DNA of 64,000 nucleotides, taken from NCBI RefSeq assembly GCF_006345805.1, contig NC_043000.1, positions 52,142,001-52,206,000 of the forward strand. The letters run 5' to 3'. Position 1 is the stretch's first letter; the number at the start of each line of letters is the position of its first letter. Of this stretch, positions 1 to 13,200 are shown piece by piece. Both the position numbers and the translations under genes were made by a program. The notes beneath the pieces are model-generated. The model was not told the DNA's origin. It searched no databases and was given only the letters and a program-made list of their open reading frames with translations. The DNA is from Octopus sinensis. Taxonomy: Eukaryota.

Positions 1-39
1 CGAACCTACTGATTTCACCATGCAATAATAATAATTTGT

Positions 40-243
40 AACATAGACACAAGACCACAAAGTTGGAGAACTTAAATTCACTAGAGTACATGACTGGTAT
101 ATATATTTAAAAAAATATTTACCGAAGACCGGATCAATGAAAACCAAAATTTGCTCGGCAGTATTTGAGCTGAGATCTCAAACTGATGGAACTAAAGCCG
201 AGAGGCATTTTGTCCGGCGCTTTGAACTCCGTGTCAAGCTAGC
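40..243 (-). mobile_element. Degenerate SINE family A copy
   Basis: Diverged reverse-complement match to the family A copy at 2264-2496 (e.g. tttgagctgag, cattttgtccggcgc). Confidence 0.5.
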
Positions 244-2018
244 AACATAAAATCATCAATTATAAATATGATTTCTTCCTATGGCTGTTGGTTAGAAATT
301 GTAGAGAAATCAAGCGATATTTTAAAAAGAATGGACAAAAGTATTTTACTGGTAGCTTTTGTATCAACAAAAGATAGACGAAACTATCAATAAACTGCCG
401 TAAGAGATGTACGCCCTGAGTTTTGTTGTTTTATCATTATTTAGTTCCGTAAAAGTGTAAAATATTTCAAATATATTCTAATCTTGCTCATACAGACGTA
501 TACTTTTCGCATCCACGTATCATGGCATCCCTTTTTGAGAAAGAATAGGAACGACATCTGGTAGGATACAATTTAGAAGGTCAGCCGATATTTCTAGTAG
601 GCTGCGCAATCGTGTAAAATCTCCATAATTGTTATCTACCCCAAGGTCTGCCCGATCAGGCGTATGTTTAAATTGATCTATCTGTAAACATCATGATTTT
701 AGTGCTATGTATGACATGTTTCCTTTCCTTATTTAAGACGTTAGGGAGTGATGTGAGAAAGATTTAGCAGACATTTCTAGTTGACCTATTGGCCACATTG
801 TGGATCCCTCGCTGGCTCGAGTGAGAGCATAATGCAGTGAGATATTATATACTATTCCTAATGTTTCTTCCAATTCATCAACTTAATTCTCATAACAATA
901 TTAATGAGTGGATTTCAATACAGGTATAGGACCATATATTTTGAGAAAAATCAAGATCGTATAAGTCGACTGCAACACTTGATTGGTATATATTTTATCG
1001 TTTCTGGAATGATGAAAGATAATTTTAACTCGGTGGTATTATATTTGTTTACGTTCTATAATAGTTTGTGTACAATAGAGGTATTGGTTACAGGTTTTCT
1101 ACGAACCATTCATTATCCACTGCATTTCTGATAGAGATAGTGACAAGCAACTGTCTGTATATTGATGTGGAACAAACATATCTCTACGCTAGCGTTCGTA
1201 AAATACTGTTTTCTTTTCTTCTAGCCCGTGTTTTTATCCATAGCCGATATATCAATAAGCATCGGCAAAATACACACTCGCGCACACACATACACACACA
1301 CACGCTCTCACTCACACTAGAGATCTTTTTGAAAAGCAATATGGAATTAAAATATTTGAATATTTCAATAGCTAGACAAGCTTTCCAGAATAAGATGAAA
1401 AAAGCAATTCTTACCTTGAAGGGAAACCTTTAAGAGAAAGCCAGCTCTGAATAGCGCATAGTGTGTATGGCGACGAATTAGATATATTTAGAAAAGATTT
1501 CACGAATGTGTTTAATAATATGTTTAAGAATCGCAGTTAATAATACCAATCTGATAGTAATTAATCTTCAGTATATGACTTTAAACTTAGACACGAATAA
1601 ATTCGGCCCTTACTAAAGATTTAATGGAAAGTTATTTTTATATCAATATCAGTTGTAGTTATTTGTCCATTCTGTGATTTGTAGCTTCTAATATTAGCAG
1701 GAGATTCATTTTACTCTTCTCGAAAGAAAATATTTTTACTGCCTCTCATTATTATAACGACTATTTGGGTTATAGTGGATGTTCAGAGTAACTCGATATA
1801 CACAGCAAGACACAGGAAGATAACTAGAATTATCTTGAAGTATAATCGAAATGTCACTTTCAATGTGAGAACAAATATTGCAAAAGAATTCGTAAATTTA
1901 ATATGTTCTCATTTTCCGTCGAACAATAGATATTAGCAGCTGGAAAAATTTTGCTAGCTCTATCAAGCGATTCAATATAAAAAAAATTACCTCCAACAAA
2001 ATAATATGTTCTATTATT

Positions 2019-2162
2019 GGTACAAGGCACTTATTTTATCGACATCCAAAGAATAAAAGGCGAAGTTGACTTCGGAGGAATTTGAACACAGAACTAAAAC
2101 GAGGAAAAATGCTGTCACGTATTTTGTCCGACGTGATAAAGACACTATAAGGTTGCAGCCGT
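2019..2162 (-). mobile_element. Degenerate SINE family A copy
   Basis: acttattttatcgac...ggcgaagttgacttcggaggaatttgaacacagaac is the reverse complement of the family A body. Confidence 0.6.
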
Positions 2163-2263
2163 CCAGCAACTACAACTTCACTAATAATTAAGTACCTCTT
2201 CCTACTTTTAAATGTACTGCCCTGGAAAGCTTGTTCAGTTAACAGTAATTATGTATTTAGAAA

Positions 2264-2496
2264 TGTGGTGAGCTGGCAGAAACGTTAGCACGCCGGGCGA
2301 AGTGCGTAGCCGTATTTCGTCTGCCGGTACGTTCTGAGTTCAAATTCCGCGAGGTCGACTTTGCCTTTCATCCTTTCGGAGTCGACAAATTAAGTACCAG
2401 TTGCGCACTGGGGTCGATATAATCGACTTAATCCGTTTGTCTGTCCTTGTTTGTCCTCTCTCTGTTTAGCCCCTTGTGGGTAGTAAAGAAATAGGC
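2264..2496 (+). mobile_element. SINE family A, near-complete young copy (tRNA-like head)
   Basis: Pol III A-box-like agctggcagaaacgtt and B-box-like gagttcaaattcc. The body recurs more than 10 times in the window, and the head is near-identical to 39765-39940. Confidence 0.9.
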
Positions 2497-2540
2497 AATT
2501 ATATATTTAGAAAGGCGGCGAGCTGGGCGCAATATTTCAG

Positions 2541-3007
2541 TGAACTTGTTAAACTTTTTTATGTTCTTAACATGATCTTGTCACCAAAGAATTTATATAT
2601 ATGTATTGTAGTACTCTGTGTCAACCAATATTCTGTGCGTGTTTGAATATACAGACACAATACCAATATCCCACTGAACTTTGTAATAATTCCTTCTGGA
2701 AACTATCTTTAACATGTTCTTGAGAATGATTATTTATGTTGTAATCTTTTGTGCCCAATATTTTAAGGAACTTGTTAAACTTTTTTATGTCCTTAACATG
2801 TCCTTGTTACCAAAGACTGTATATATGTAATGTAGCATTTTTTAACAACCAATAATTAATGCAACCAAATTTCTACTTGTTACTTTTGACAATCTTTTTC
2901 CAAAGAGTGAAACCGGTAAGTAAATAAACATCTTTTAAAATTGCATTTTCAAACCTTCTTTTGTATATAATTCCACTCGTTCGGTACCCTACAACTCCAC
3001 TTTGTTT
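2541..3007 (+). mobile_element. Possible Penelope-like pseudo-LTR remnant with diverged ~95-bp direct repeat and decayed hammerhead motif
   Basis: 2541-2640 resembles 2768-2865 (gaacttgttaaactttttt-atgt-cttaacatg...ccaaaga). GAAACCGGTA at 2909-2918. Ends at (TA)n at 3008. Confidence 0.35.
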
Positions 3008-3101
<94 letters not shown>

Positions 3102-3107
3102 ATATAT
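3008..3107. repeat. (TA)n microsatellite
   Basis: Direct reading. Many similar tracts exist (e.g. 3884-3971, 5085-5137, 13651-13700, 14165-14499, 40790-41100, 43960-44170). Confidence 0.98.
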
Positions 3108-3866
3108 CATCATCATCATTGTTCGACCGTGGTCGAGACAATGGAATTTACCATGCTACGCCAGACTTCACGGTCCATCATGGCATTACGGAGGTCCTGT
3201 TGCTGGATGCTTGTATCCCTGGAGATTACATCAGGGTAGGAGAGGATGCGCCCTCTGGTATTGCGAGTAGATGGCTTGCAGAGGGGAAGAGTAGAAATTA
3301 CCTCGTTTTCAGCTCTACAACAATGTCCAGCAAACTGGACTCTCCTACCTTTCACAAGAGATGACACAAGTGGTAGTTGCTCAACCAATTCTGAACGATC
3401 TTGTCATGTCAGGTCTGTTGTATGCAGCATCGGATCCTACTACTGGTAAACTGTAAACCAGTACAACCTGTGTCAGTGGGGTAGAAAGGCAATCTATCTA
3501 GGGAGATAACCTTACAATAAATCACTCGGTCCGTAGCTTAGAAATACTGGGTTGACGTCCAGCGGGAACAGCTTTGTTTCATGGAGGAGGAAAGATCTTC
3601 TTTAGTACTTGGTTGTACAATGCTTTCCAATGTGTGTAGTAGTGGCGCGCGCACACATTATTAGCCATTTGAAAAGACTATGGAATTTACAGGGTTCCTC
3701 TTCCCCAGGGAACCAGACCTAATAGTACACCTGCGGATGTAGGTCCAGCCTCGCTTTGCCGGGTCCTGTCTCTGATCACGTTGCACCTCCAAGGGCATCC
3801 ATTGACGGTGATGCCCTCAATCTTAACAGACAGGTATCACCTGATGGAGAAGAGTCAGCTCCTAAC
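3108..3866 (-). mobile_element. RTE-clade LINE 3' end with (ATG)n tail, joined to a structured non-coding 5' segment
   Basis: Minus ORF 3116-3388 reads VSSLVKGRRVQFAGHCCR...RGRILSYPDVISRDT...LRNAMMDREVWRSMV, typical of the RTE C-terminus. (CAT)n at 3108-3119 is the tail. The 5' boundary is uncertain. Confidence 0.75.
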
Positions 3867-3885
3867 CAAACAACACCAAACAATA

Positions 3886-3959
<74 letters not shown>

Positions 3960-3989
3960 GTATATATATATGCATGTATATGCGCGTGT

Positions 3990-4212
3990 GTGATGACTTT
4001 GTTCTCCAGCACCGCTTAACAACTGGTGTTGGTACGTTGGTTTGTTTACATCCCTGTAACTTGGCAGTTCGACAAAATATATCGATAGATTAAGTATTGG
4101 GTTTAAAAAAAAACTAAGTATTGCGGTCAATTTGTTCGGCTACAAAATTCTGCAAGGCGGTGCCCCAGCATGGGCCCAGTGTAATGACTGAAACAAGTAG
4201 AGGATAAAAGAT
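3990..4212 (+). mobile_element. SINE family B, 3' half
   Basis: aaggcggtgccccagcatgg...aatgactgaaacaagta matches the 3' end of the full copy at 42181-42550. Confidence 0.8.
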
Positions 4213-4398
4213 ATACACACGTACATTTTTTTCAACCATTCATTACTGCAGTTCTCGACAAATTTCTACAAGTACGCTTGGTTTCTAAAAGAATGCGGGC
4301 CCAACTACATTAAAATAAATATTTTACATCACGCAGATCCTTTCTAGCCTCATTCGCATATGGGACCCTAACTTGTTCTCTTCTACATAGGTCATGTG

Positions 4399-4468
<70 letters not shown>

Positions 4469-4493
4469 AATCAATCTGTCTATCAATCAATCA

Positions 4494-4539
<46 letters not shown>

Positions 4540-4567
4540 ATCAATCAATCAATCTGTCTATCAATCA

Positions 4568-4631
<64 letters not shown>

Positions 4632-4671
4632 GTCTATCTGTCTATCTATCTATCTATCTATTTATCTATCT
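4399..4671. repeat. (TCTA)n/(TCAA)n tetranucleotide microsatellite
   Basis: Direct reading. Similar tracts at 11137-11232, 14896-15074 and 45421-45492. Confidence 0.98.
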
Positions 4672-5083
4672 ATTTGCTTTTCTCTGTATATCTCTATATG
4701 GAAATTTAAGCATACCTATACATAAATTTGCTTACACATTGATAAGCACATAGACATACTCACGCATACACTGAGACAAATAAACATGCACACACACGTA
4801 TGCTGCAATGTAGCATAGAATATATCTATAGTTTTTCGACAGCACTATCTAACGCATCAGTAATTTATATAGCTTATAACACAAGCGCTTCAAAATATTT
4901 ATGTAAATTATCTCTCGATAAACTGTTATTGAAACGTAAAGCGAATGTGCTTCCTCAATTTGATACGTTGCTGAACAATATTTCTTAGGAAATATTGAGC
5001 TCACCCCCGTACCTTTATATACATATGGATATCGCACGTAAATACATGCATAAACACGTACTCACACTCATATTTATTTATGA

Positions 5084-5140
<57 letters not shown>

Positions 5141-5738
5141 AGTGCATTTGTGATTATGCATTTAAGTGCATATTATAACTCTATAAATAAAGAAATATAT
5201 TTAAATTCAATTTTACGTGTTATCCTATCATTTTTAGTAGCGTTCGCTTTCTTTCGTTTCTACTTCTTATCTACTTTACATTAGTCTTCTCTCTCTTCTC
5301 TACTTCATCTTCTTTCTTGTTTCGCCCTTTCTAGCTATTTATGTCTATGTACTTCTCATGTTTTCAACTAAACGTCATACTTAAATATATATTGAACTGC
5401 AACTGTTGTAATACGATCTTCAAGACATGATTTTATAAGATGATAAAATTCTGTCAGGTTGTCAAATTTATGACACAATACTCTAATATCTCCTCCCTTC
5501 CTCGTTGAGAAACGACTGGTATTTATCACTTCGCCTAATTTTGATAGCTGTCTTATCGTCTATAAATAATGATATTATGAAAGAACTTTTCTGAATATCT
5601 GTTCACATTCTGCTGATAATGCTCTCGTTGTCACTTTTCATTGTCAGCGAGAGATAGACATGATGACTTGATGATAACAACAACAACGACAAACATAAGA
5701 GAGACAAATAAGAGAAAACAGAAATAATAATAATAATA

Positions 5739-5781
<43 letters not shown>

Positions 5782-6300
5782 GTATGTGGTCACGACTGCT
5801 TGATACCAACTGACACCGGAAAATGGTAATGGACGAAAAGGGGAAGGCAAAAATCCTCTAGGACTTTGGTTTCCAAACAGACGAGATGTTATAGCACCGA
5901 AGGCCGAATATAGTAACCTTTAGGAGGGACAAACAAGTGTGCCTAATAATTGATGTGGCAGTGCCAGATCAACATATCATCATGAAAGGAAGAGTAAAGT
6001 TTAATAAATATGGCGACTTGAGAATTGAGATCGCTAAGATCTGGCATCTACGAGAGTCAAACATAAAGTTTATCCCTATTGTCATTGGAGAATTGGGTTC
6101 AAAACCACCCTATTTGAAAAAAAAAAACATCTGAAAACCTTAGAAATACCCTACAATCTAGATGTCTTGCAAAAGTTGGCATTACTTGGAAGTACACACA
6201 TATTGCGTAAAGTACTATCTGTCTGAGGTCCTTGTTGTGATTTGACAAACAGTACAAACCCCCGGTAGACACATCTTCAATCAACAACCTCACGACGTCT
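5782..6300 (+). mobile_element. R4/Dong-clade non-LTR retrotransposon, 5'-truncated 3' end (restriction-like endonuclease region), disrupted
   Basis: Conceptual translation across stops and a frameshift: KIL*DFGFQTD...HRRPNIV...CLIIDVAVP...KYGDLRIEIAKIW...PIVIGELG...LQKLALLGSTHILRKVLSV* (stop 6224-6226). Flanked by (AAT)n on both sides. Confidence 0.85.
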
Positions 6301-6540
<240 letters not shown>

Positions 6541-6541
<1 letters not shown>

Positions 6542-6724
6542 TTGGTACAAAGCCAGCAATTTCGGGGAAGGCGATAAGTCGATTACATTGACCCCAGTTC
6601 TCAACTAGTAATTATTTTAGGATGAAACGCAAAGTCGAAGTCGGTGAAATTTGAACTGTGACCTGACGAAATGCCGCTATTCATTGTGCCCGGTGAGCTA
6701 ACGGTTCTGCTAGCTCACCGCCTT
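6541..6724 (-). mobile_element. SINE family A copy
   Basis: gtcgattacattgaccccagt...gctaacggttctgctagctcaccgcc is the reverse complement of family A. Confidence 0.8.
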
Positions 6725-6766
6725 AACAACAATAATAACAACAACAACAACAACAGCAACAACAGC

Positions 6767-6803
<37 letters not shown>

Positions 6804-7515
6804 GCAACAAAAACCACGACGACGATCATGACAACGATGATGATGATGATTTAGGAAAAAACTAGGACTTCTTGAGGGGTGTGGGTTAGTCGATTACTTA
6901 GTTCCTGTACCTAACTGTGCCCAGTGTTTCTCTCGGAACTTCATCGCTTTCACCCTCACTTCATCCTCTTTAACATCTGTAGCGCACTAATACCTAATTT
7001 CCGCCGATTACATTGCCTAATTGGTAGAGGTCTGTTGAGCGCTTGGCGAAATTCCAGATGGCAAGCACACTGTCTCGCTCTTCATTAGACCCAGGACTGC
7101 AGCTCTGTTAAAGAGATGACCTAGTAAAAATGCGACTGGCAAACAGCACCCGCTCTTGTTCCCCGTCATGGAAATCTCGCAATCTCAGTTTATGACTGTA
7201 CATCATCAAATACGGCACTCTCAGTCCTCCGCATAATAGTTGCCGACAGCAGATGGACTGTCTTGGTATTCTTTAAAAAGAGAAGAGCAGGCATTCTAAA
7301 CTACTCAGACATGAAGTGGGATAAAGCACGACGATCAGGTGGTAATAGATAACGCTAGCTATGTAGCAAGTTTTGCTTCTGACTACGTTTTAAATGTTTA
7401 TATTTTTTGAAAATGGTTGTTCTGTGTCATTGCTAACCTGACCAGCATCCCCAGAAACTTGTTCGTTCTGCTTTCTCTTTAGCATTTGAAGCAGAATTAT
7501 TCTTATTATTTTCAG

Positions 7516-7587
7516 AAAGTTCCCTATTTAAAGAAAAGTCAAAACTTCCCAATTATGTTTCTCCGACAGAATACCGGATTGAAGTAG
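7516..7587 (+). CDS. Candidate isolated 72-nt phase-1/phase-1 exon encoding SSLFKEKSKLPNYVSPTEYRIEV (M1 aminopeptidase N-terminal-like)
   Basis: Acceptor ttattattttcAG, donor GTAATG at 7588, open frame, length divisible by 3. The peptide fits [RK]LPxxVxPxxYx[LI]x[LV]. No partner exon was identified. Confidence 0.4.
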   Translation, partial: KVPYLKKSQNFPIMFLRQNTGLK

Positions 7588-10500
7588 GTAATGTTTATAA
7601 CCGTTGTTTATACGCAGCGCTCTCCATCTTCTTCCAAATTACTACCCAGCATTGAAAAGTCGACAGTAACAACAATTCAAAAGAACGGACAGCGACAGTG
7701 GAACCATTGTTATCGTCACCAATACTACTGCTACAATGAATAGCGATATCAACAAGAGTTACGATGACGACAAACGTAAACGAAATAACAGCAACTAAAA
7801 CACCTAAATTGTTAAGGAGAACGACAAGAAGAAAAAGTAGTGGCAGCAGCAGCGACAAACTATTCGTGGCAGTTAAGGAGAGAAAGCCTAGATGTTACTA
7901 ATACAGCGACACACTCAATATAAGATTTTTCTGTCCAGGAAGCATTACGAATGACATCAGCAGCAAAGGTTGACCACGGCGTGCACCCACAAGCGCTGGA
8001 ACAGCTACAATAAAAGGAACAAATGCCACAGTGAAATCAGCAACAAGAACAACGAAAGGAGGAGCAACAGGAACAATGGAGTTAACAGTATCAGCAAGAA
8101 CATTTAGAGAAACTTCGCCAGCATCTAAAATAACGAGAACTCCCCCACCCGTAATGAAACGAAAGGCAATCGTAATCTTTTGGTAAGAGGATTTAATGCA
8201 TGCTGTTTAGCATTTCGGTTTTCGATGATAAGCTATCTTTACAATGTGAATTAACCTGAGGTCATTTCGCAAATTAATCTGAAATCTTTGTGAAAATACA
8301 CTATGATTCGCACATTCACTCGTAGCATCATTGTTGTTGTGCTTATTTAACTAAGTCAGTTTGGATTGATTACTATGTTTACCTACTGTTCCTGTAAAGC
8401 TAGGACTTTACAAAAATGCCCAATGAGTCCTGCAACTTGCCAAAAAATCCTTCAACTTTAAGATAGTAGGGTGTGACTCGACATATTTCCTCTCTTTATC
8501 CGGTAAATTGACCGCATAGAGGTAACCATTTTGGTATTGCCGTACAAAAGTTGGAGCGTCTACATCTTGTAGTTCCGAGAAGGAAATATAAAAATAAGTA
8601 GTTTGATAGTGAAATGGCTACAGGTTACTAAAGTGTCACTTTAACTGTCAAGCAGAGAACGACAGTTCACATCCATCATGAAGCTCATAAACAGTATTGT
8701 AGCAAATTTTCTTGTTCTTTTACTTCAGAAAGCATTCAATAGTTACCACTGACAGCACTTCTCATATGTAACGCATGCTTCATATTATCAAATGAAAGGA
8801 ATTAATTTTTCACATACGGGTCCTTAATGCAGTTAAAGAAAAGTCCGGAATAGTATTAAACGACACTAAAGGAAAGAGTTATATTTCCGCATTAATTCAG
8901 TGCTAATAGTAAATTATGACAATGCAATCAATACATGGGAAACAGTTGTTCGTAAGTAGTATGATTAAATAGTGTGCCAAATTTTAATTAATACGAAAAT
9001 ATAAACTTCCTTATGAATGCAATAAAGTTTTACGACAGTGCTTGGTTTTATGACACTTCTTCCCAATCATATAATTATGTTAGTTCTATTGTATCGGAAA
9101 AATAAGACAATTTGAATGCAATTTATATAATATACTGATTTCTTTTGATCAGGCGGAAGGCCAAGTCTCGTAACAGCGGAGATATAAGAGATATTTCCAG
9201 AAATCAATTCCAGCATATTAATGATACTTCTTTTATCGACCATAGAAGAAAGAAACGCGAAGTATAATCCTGCGAGATTAGAACTTAAAGAACAGGGGTA
9301 GAAGCGAAATATATCCCCTCTCTGGTAACATCCCGTATCATACATAATCACGTATCATTAGTTTTTCATTTAAGCTGGTGGGCTCTGTTTACTGAAGATT
9401 TTAATAAAATAAATATGACCCAATATATTACCTATGTTTACGAGTCAACCAGGAGGCCACTATATAAGACACTCGATCTGGTTCAAATAACATCCGAACT
9501 CCGGAAAATTCAAACAACTAGCCTCTTAGAAGAGCGGACATATTGGACACACACACACGCAGTCAAACATACACACACACGCGCACACACATACACACGC
9601 GCACACACATACATATATAAATGCATACATATATATACATATATATATATATATATACATACATACATACCTACATACATACACACACACATATATAATA
9701 AATATATGTATATATAGACACATATACAGAAAGAGAGAGAGAGAGAGATAGGGAGAGAGATACATATTCAACTTTCTTTACTTAGGGTAAACAATAACAA
9801 CAAAACGAAACAGTCACGATAGCAAAAGCATTTGATCATATGCCTTTTCGATCAGGGTTGGCTTGAGGCTAGAATTTAACAACTGTTTTATCTTTTATCG
9901 ATCATCACATGGATGGAAACCAAATTTGTTCCTAGTCCAATTTCGACTTAGAATGAGATAAAAACCATATATTGAAAATAATTTATTATAGCACCCTACT
10001 GTATTTGTAGTCTTCCAGGCTTCATAGTTATATTGATTTGTATAGGCGACTAGATAGAGGGCAATACAAAATATAGGTGACTGAACCGTTCGTAGTATAT
10101 TTCCTAAACATAATTTGTCGATACCGTTGGAAATTGAACTCAGAACATGGATGTATAAACTCAACGCCACATTATTTCATCAGGTACTTTATTATACTTG
10201 AGAACCCGTTGGTTTTGTTTAGTCTTTCATAGCACATCAGCTATGATCAGCTGAGTTGCGTGTAATCATGTTAAATGTTTCTATGAAATATCCTAAGTAT
10301 ATTTTTTCTAGTGAATACCTACATACATTCCTTTAGGATTTGTATTAAGTAGCTTTACATATAAAATAATCTAAGTAGTTTCGTGAGGATATAGATAATG
10401 TTTGTTATCGTACGTAAAAACAGAAACTCATGAATTTTGTTGTTTGTATATAAGTTCATTTTTTAAAAAGAAATAGAAATAAAATAGGAAGTTGTGATTT

Positions 10501-11138
10501 CATGCATTTCTTAGGGTTTTATCATAAACAACAATTCGTCACATCTTCTTCCTATTACATAGGGAAAAGAAAATATTTCGCAATTTTATATTTCATATAT
10601 TCACTACTAACCGATTACGTATATACAGGCCCCGTCTCCAGGTCTTCGATTGTACGTATGTATTCAACAACATCGTAAAACACGACACGAAAATTTGTCA
10701 TACATGAATCCAACTCATCGATATTTTCATCCAGCATCATCTTCGGCAACAGAACCGATAATTGTGTACTGTAGCTGTTTTGTGAAAAGTTTTTCAAATT
10801 TAATCAAAAACTATTTTCAAACACATTTAAAGAATTTCCAAATATATGAAGTTTTTCTGGTTTGAATCGAGTATCTTCGAGAGATAATTAAACTTGTTCT
10901 TGAACAACCCCCACGAACTTGCTGAACATTCAGCATACAAAATAGGTCTCAACATATGCAACAGTAAAAAATAAATCGATATTATGCAGCCATCTTTAGA
11001 ATCAGAGCATCACAATGATCGCATCGGCTTAAAAATATTAAAGAGTCAATATCTACATACCTATGTGCGTGTGTGTGTGTTGTGTGTACGTATATGACTG
11101 AATATATAATTACATGTATGTATACACACATACGTATG

Positions 11139-11231
<93 letters not shown>

Positions 11232-11469
11232 GCCTACCTACCTCTTTCTCTCTCTCTATCTACCTACCTACCTGCCACCCTACCTACCTACCTACCTACA
11301 TACCTACCTACCTACCTACCTGTCTACCTGCCTGTCTGTCTGTCTATTTATGTATCTATCTACATGAATTACACAGGATTTTTCAAGCAAACATTTGCAT
11401 GCCTCACAACTACGAGTATTTTTCTGAATATTAGTAGCTCACGTTCTTTTTTCATTCGGTAACAAATTT

Positions 11470-11822
11470 TAAGCTATTGATTCTTTCACATGTTTTAATC
11501 ATTTGACTGCAGCCATGAATGTTTAGTCGATTGAATCGAACTCAGTACTTATTTTGCCTTAACCTGTAACTTATTTCAATTTAGATGAACCGCTAAGTTA
11601 TAAACACACCAAGACTGGTTGTCAAGTAATATTTGGGGACAAACACAGACACAAGCACCCACGCACGAACACAAATTTGTATATATACGACGGATTTCTT
11701 TCAGTTTCCGTCTATTAAATCCACTCACAAAGCTTTGGTTGGTCCGAGGAATCACCTATCTGAGGTATCAAGCAGTCCAGCTGAATCCAAAACCATGTGG
11801 TTTGAAAGCAAACTTCTTACCA
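11470..11822 (-). mobile_element. SINE family B copy
   Basis: atcatttgactgcagccatg...tttctttcagtttccgtcta...ccactcacaaagctttggttggtccgagg...aaccatgtggtt is the reverse complement of 42181-42550. Confidence 0.85.
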
Positions 11823-12015
11823 AACGAATAAAAAAAAAGATACTCCATCTGGTGAGAGTTAAATATTATTTGTTTAAACAAATAATATATAATGATCTAG
11901 TTATATGTTTTAAAATATATTTTACTTTTTATTTATGATTTGGTTTATGTCTATCCTTGTTTGAATCGCATAATAGTAGTTTTCTTTAAGTTTTATATAT
12001 ATATATATATATACA

Positions 12016-13200
12016 TTAGAAAACGCACCTGTCCTTTGGACGGTGTAGTTTATTATAATGGCGCATTTCTGTGGACGGTTTAAATTGAATTAGTCTGCAG
12101 TTAGAATTTGTTTCAAATAAAATGTATAGTTACTAATTTCCTTATGAATATAAGGTATTAAGCAACCTAGGTAATGAATAAAGTTTTCTGAACACGAATT
12201 TGGAAGTTAGTAATAAATGAAAGTCCATGAAATGAGATCGCAATTGCTGTAGGCTCTAGGGACCCTGTATCTTACCTGAAAGATTTTGTAGCATGTAGTT
12301 ATTTTACACGTAATGCCTGACACAACCGCATTCAAGCTTTTTTTCAATGAAAGCCATGTATGATAAACAAAAGCAAACATTTATTGCAAACACACAAATA
12401 GAATAATGGTATGTAAAAAATAAATGTCAGAGCATGCTTATGAGTGAGCAGCGTGCGTGAAGTAGGAAGGGTCATGGAAGATAATGTACTGTTAATAACA
12501 ACCACGGAAATGAAGAAAAATGTCAACGAAATGCTTGTAGGAAGTCTGATAGCTAACGGCTAGTTTGGCGTAGATGTGAAAATTGCAGTAGAGAAGTAAC
12601 TAGTGTAGGGCTGCTTTGTAGACGACATTTTTGGTTTTCTTTCTTCAGGAGCATAGATGAATAAGTAGTCTGGATGACCAACTCTGGAACAACCGACGTA
12701 GAACTGTCCATGTGAAGAGCATGACGTTCGAAGTTCCAATCCGACAATTTTCAGCGAGTGACCTTGTGCTTTGTTAACTGTCATGGCGAACCTGAGTTTG
12801 AGAGGGTAATGAAGTCTCTGAATACAATAGGCAGAATATTCGGAATAAAAACGATATTGTTTTTGCTGTGTTCCATGTTACTTTGGGCTTCAATGTCGTG
12901 GTCCATAATTTGTTTGACTACAAGGCGAGTTATATTGCATAGTGTGGGTGCGTTTAGATTGCGTAGGAAAATGACTGGGCAACCGGCTTTTAAGTGGGGA
13001 GGGTGTCCTGGAGGCTGTTTGGATTTGAGAAATTCTGTTGGAAAGTGTGTAACCTGATTGAGGTCGATAACGATGTCAACTGATCTTTAAGATCGTTCTT
13101 GAGAAGATAGTAGTTAAGGGTAATGATAGCTGCATTTGTTGGTGCAAGAACAGCTTTGTGCTAACGTGCAAATATCGGTAGTTTGCAGCGAATTGGGCAT
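12016..13200 (-). mobile_element. Helitron remnant: C-terminal PIF1-like helicase of RepHel plus 3' terminus
   Basis: Minus strand, with frameshifts: AVLAPTN...FPTEFLKSKQPPGHPPH-LKAGCPVIFLRNLNAPTLCNITRLVV...FAMTVNKAQGHSLKIVGLEL...SHGQFYVGCSRVG. Subterminal hairpin 12027-12044 and CTAA (CTRR) end at 12016-12019. Confidence 0.9.

Noticed and set aside
7620-8180. Thr/Ala-rich mucin-like reading frames
   Set aside because: This is a degenerate (ACA/GCA)-type repeat with in-frame stops (e.g. TGA at 7971) and no convincing splice acceptor.
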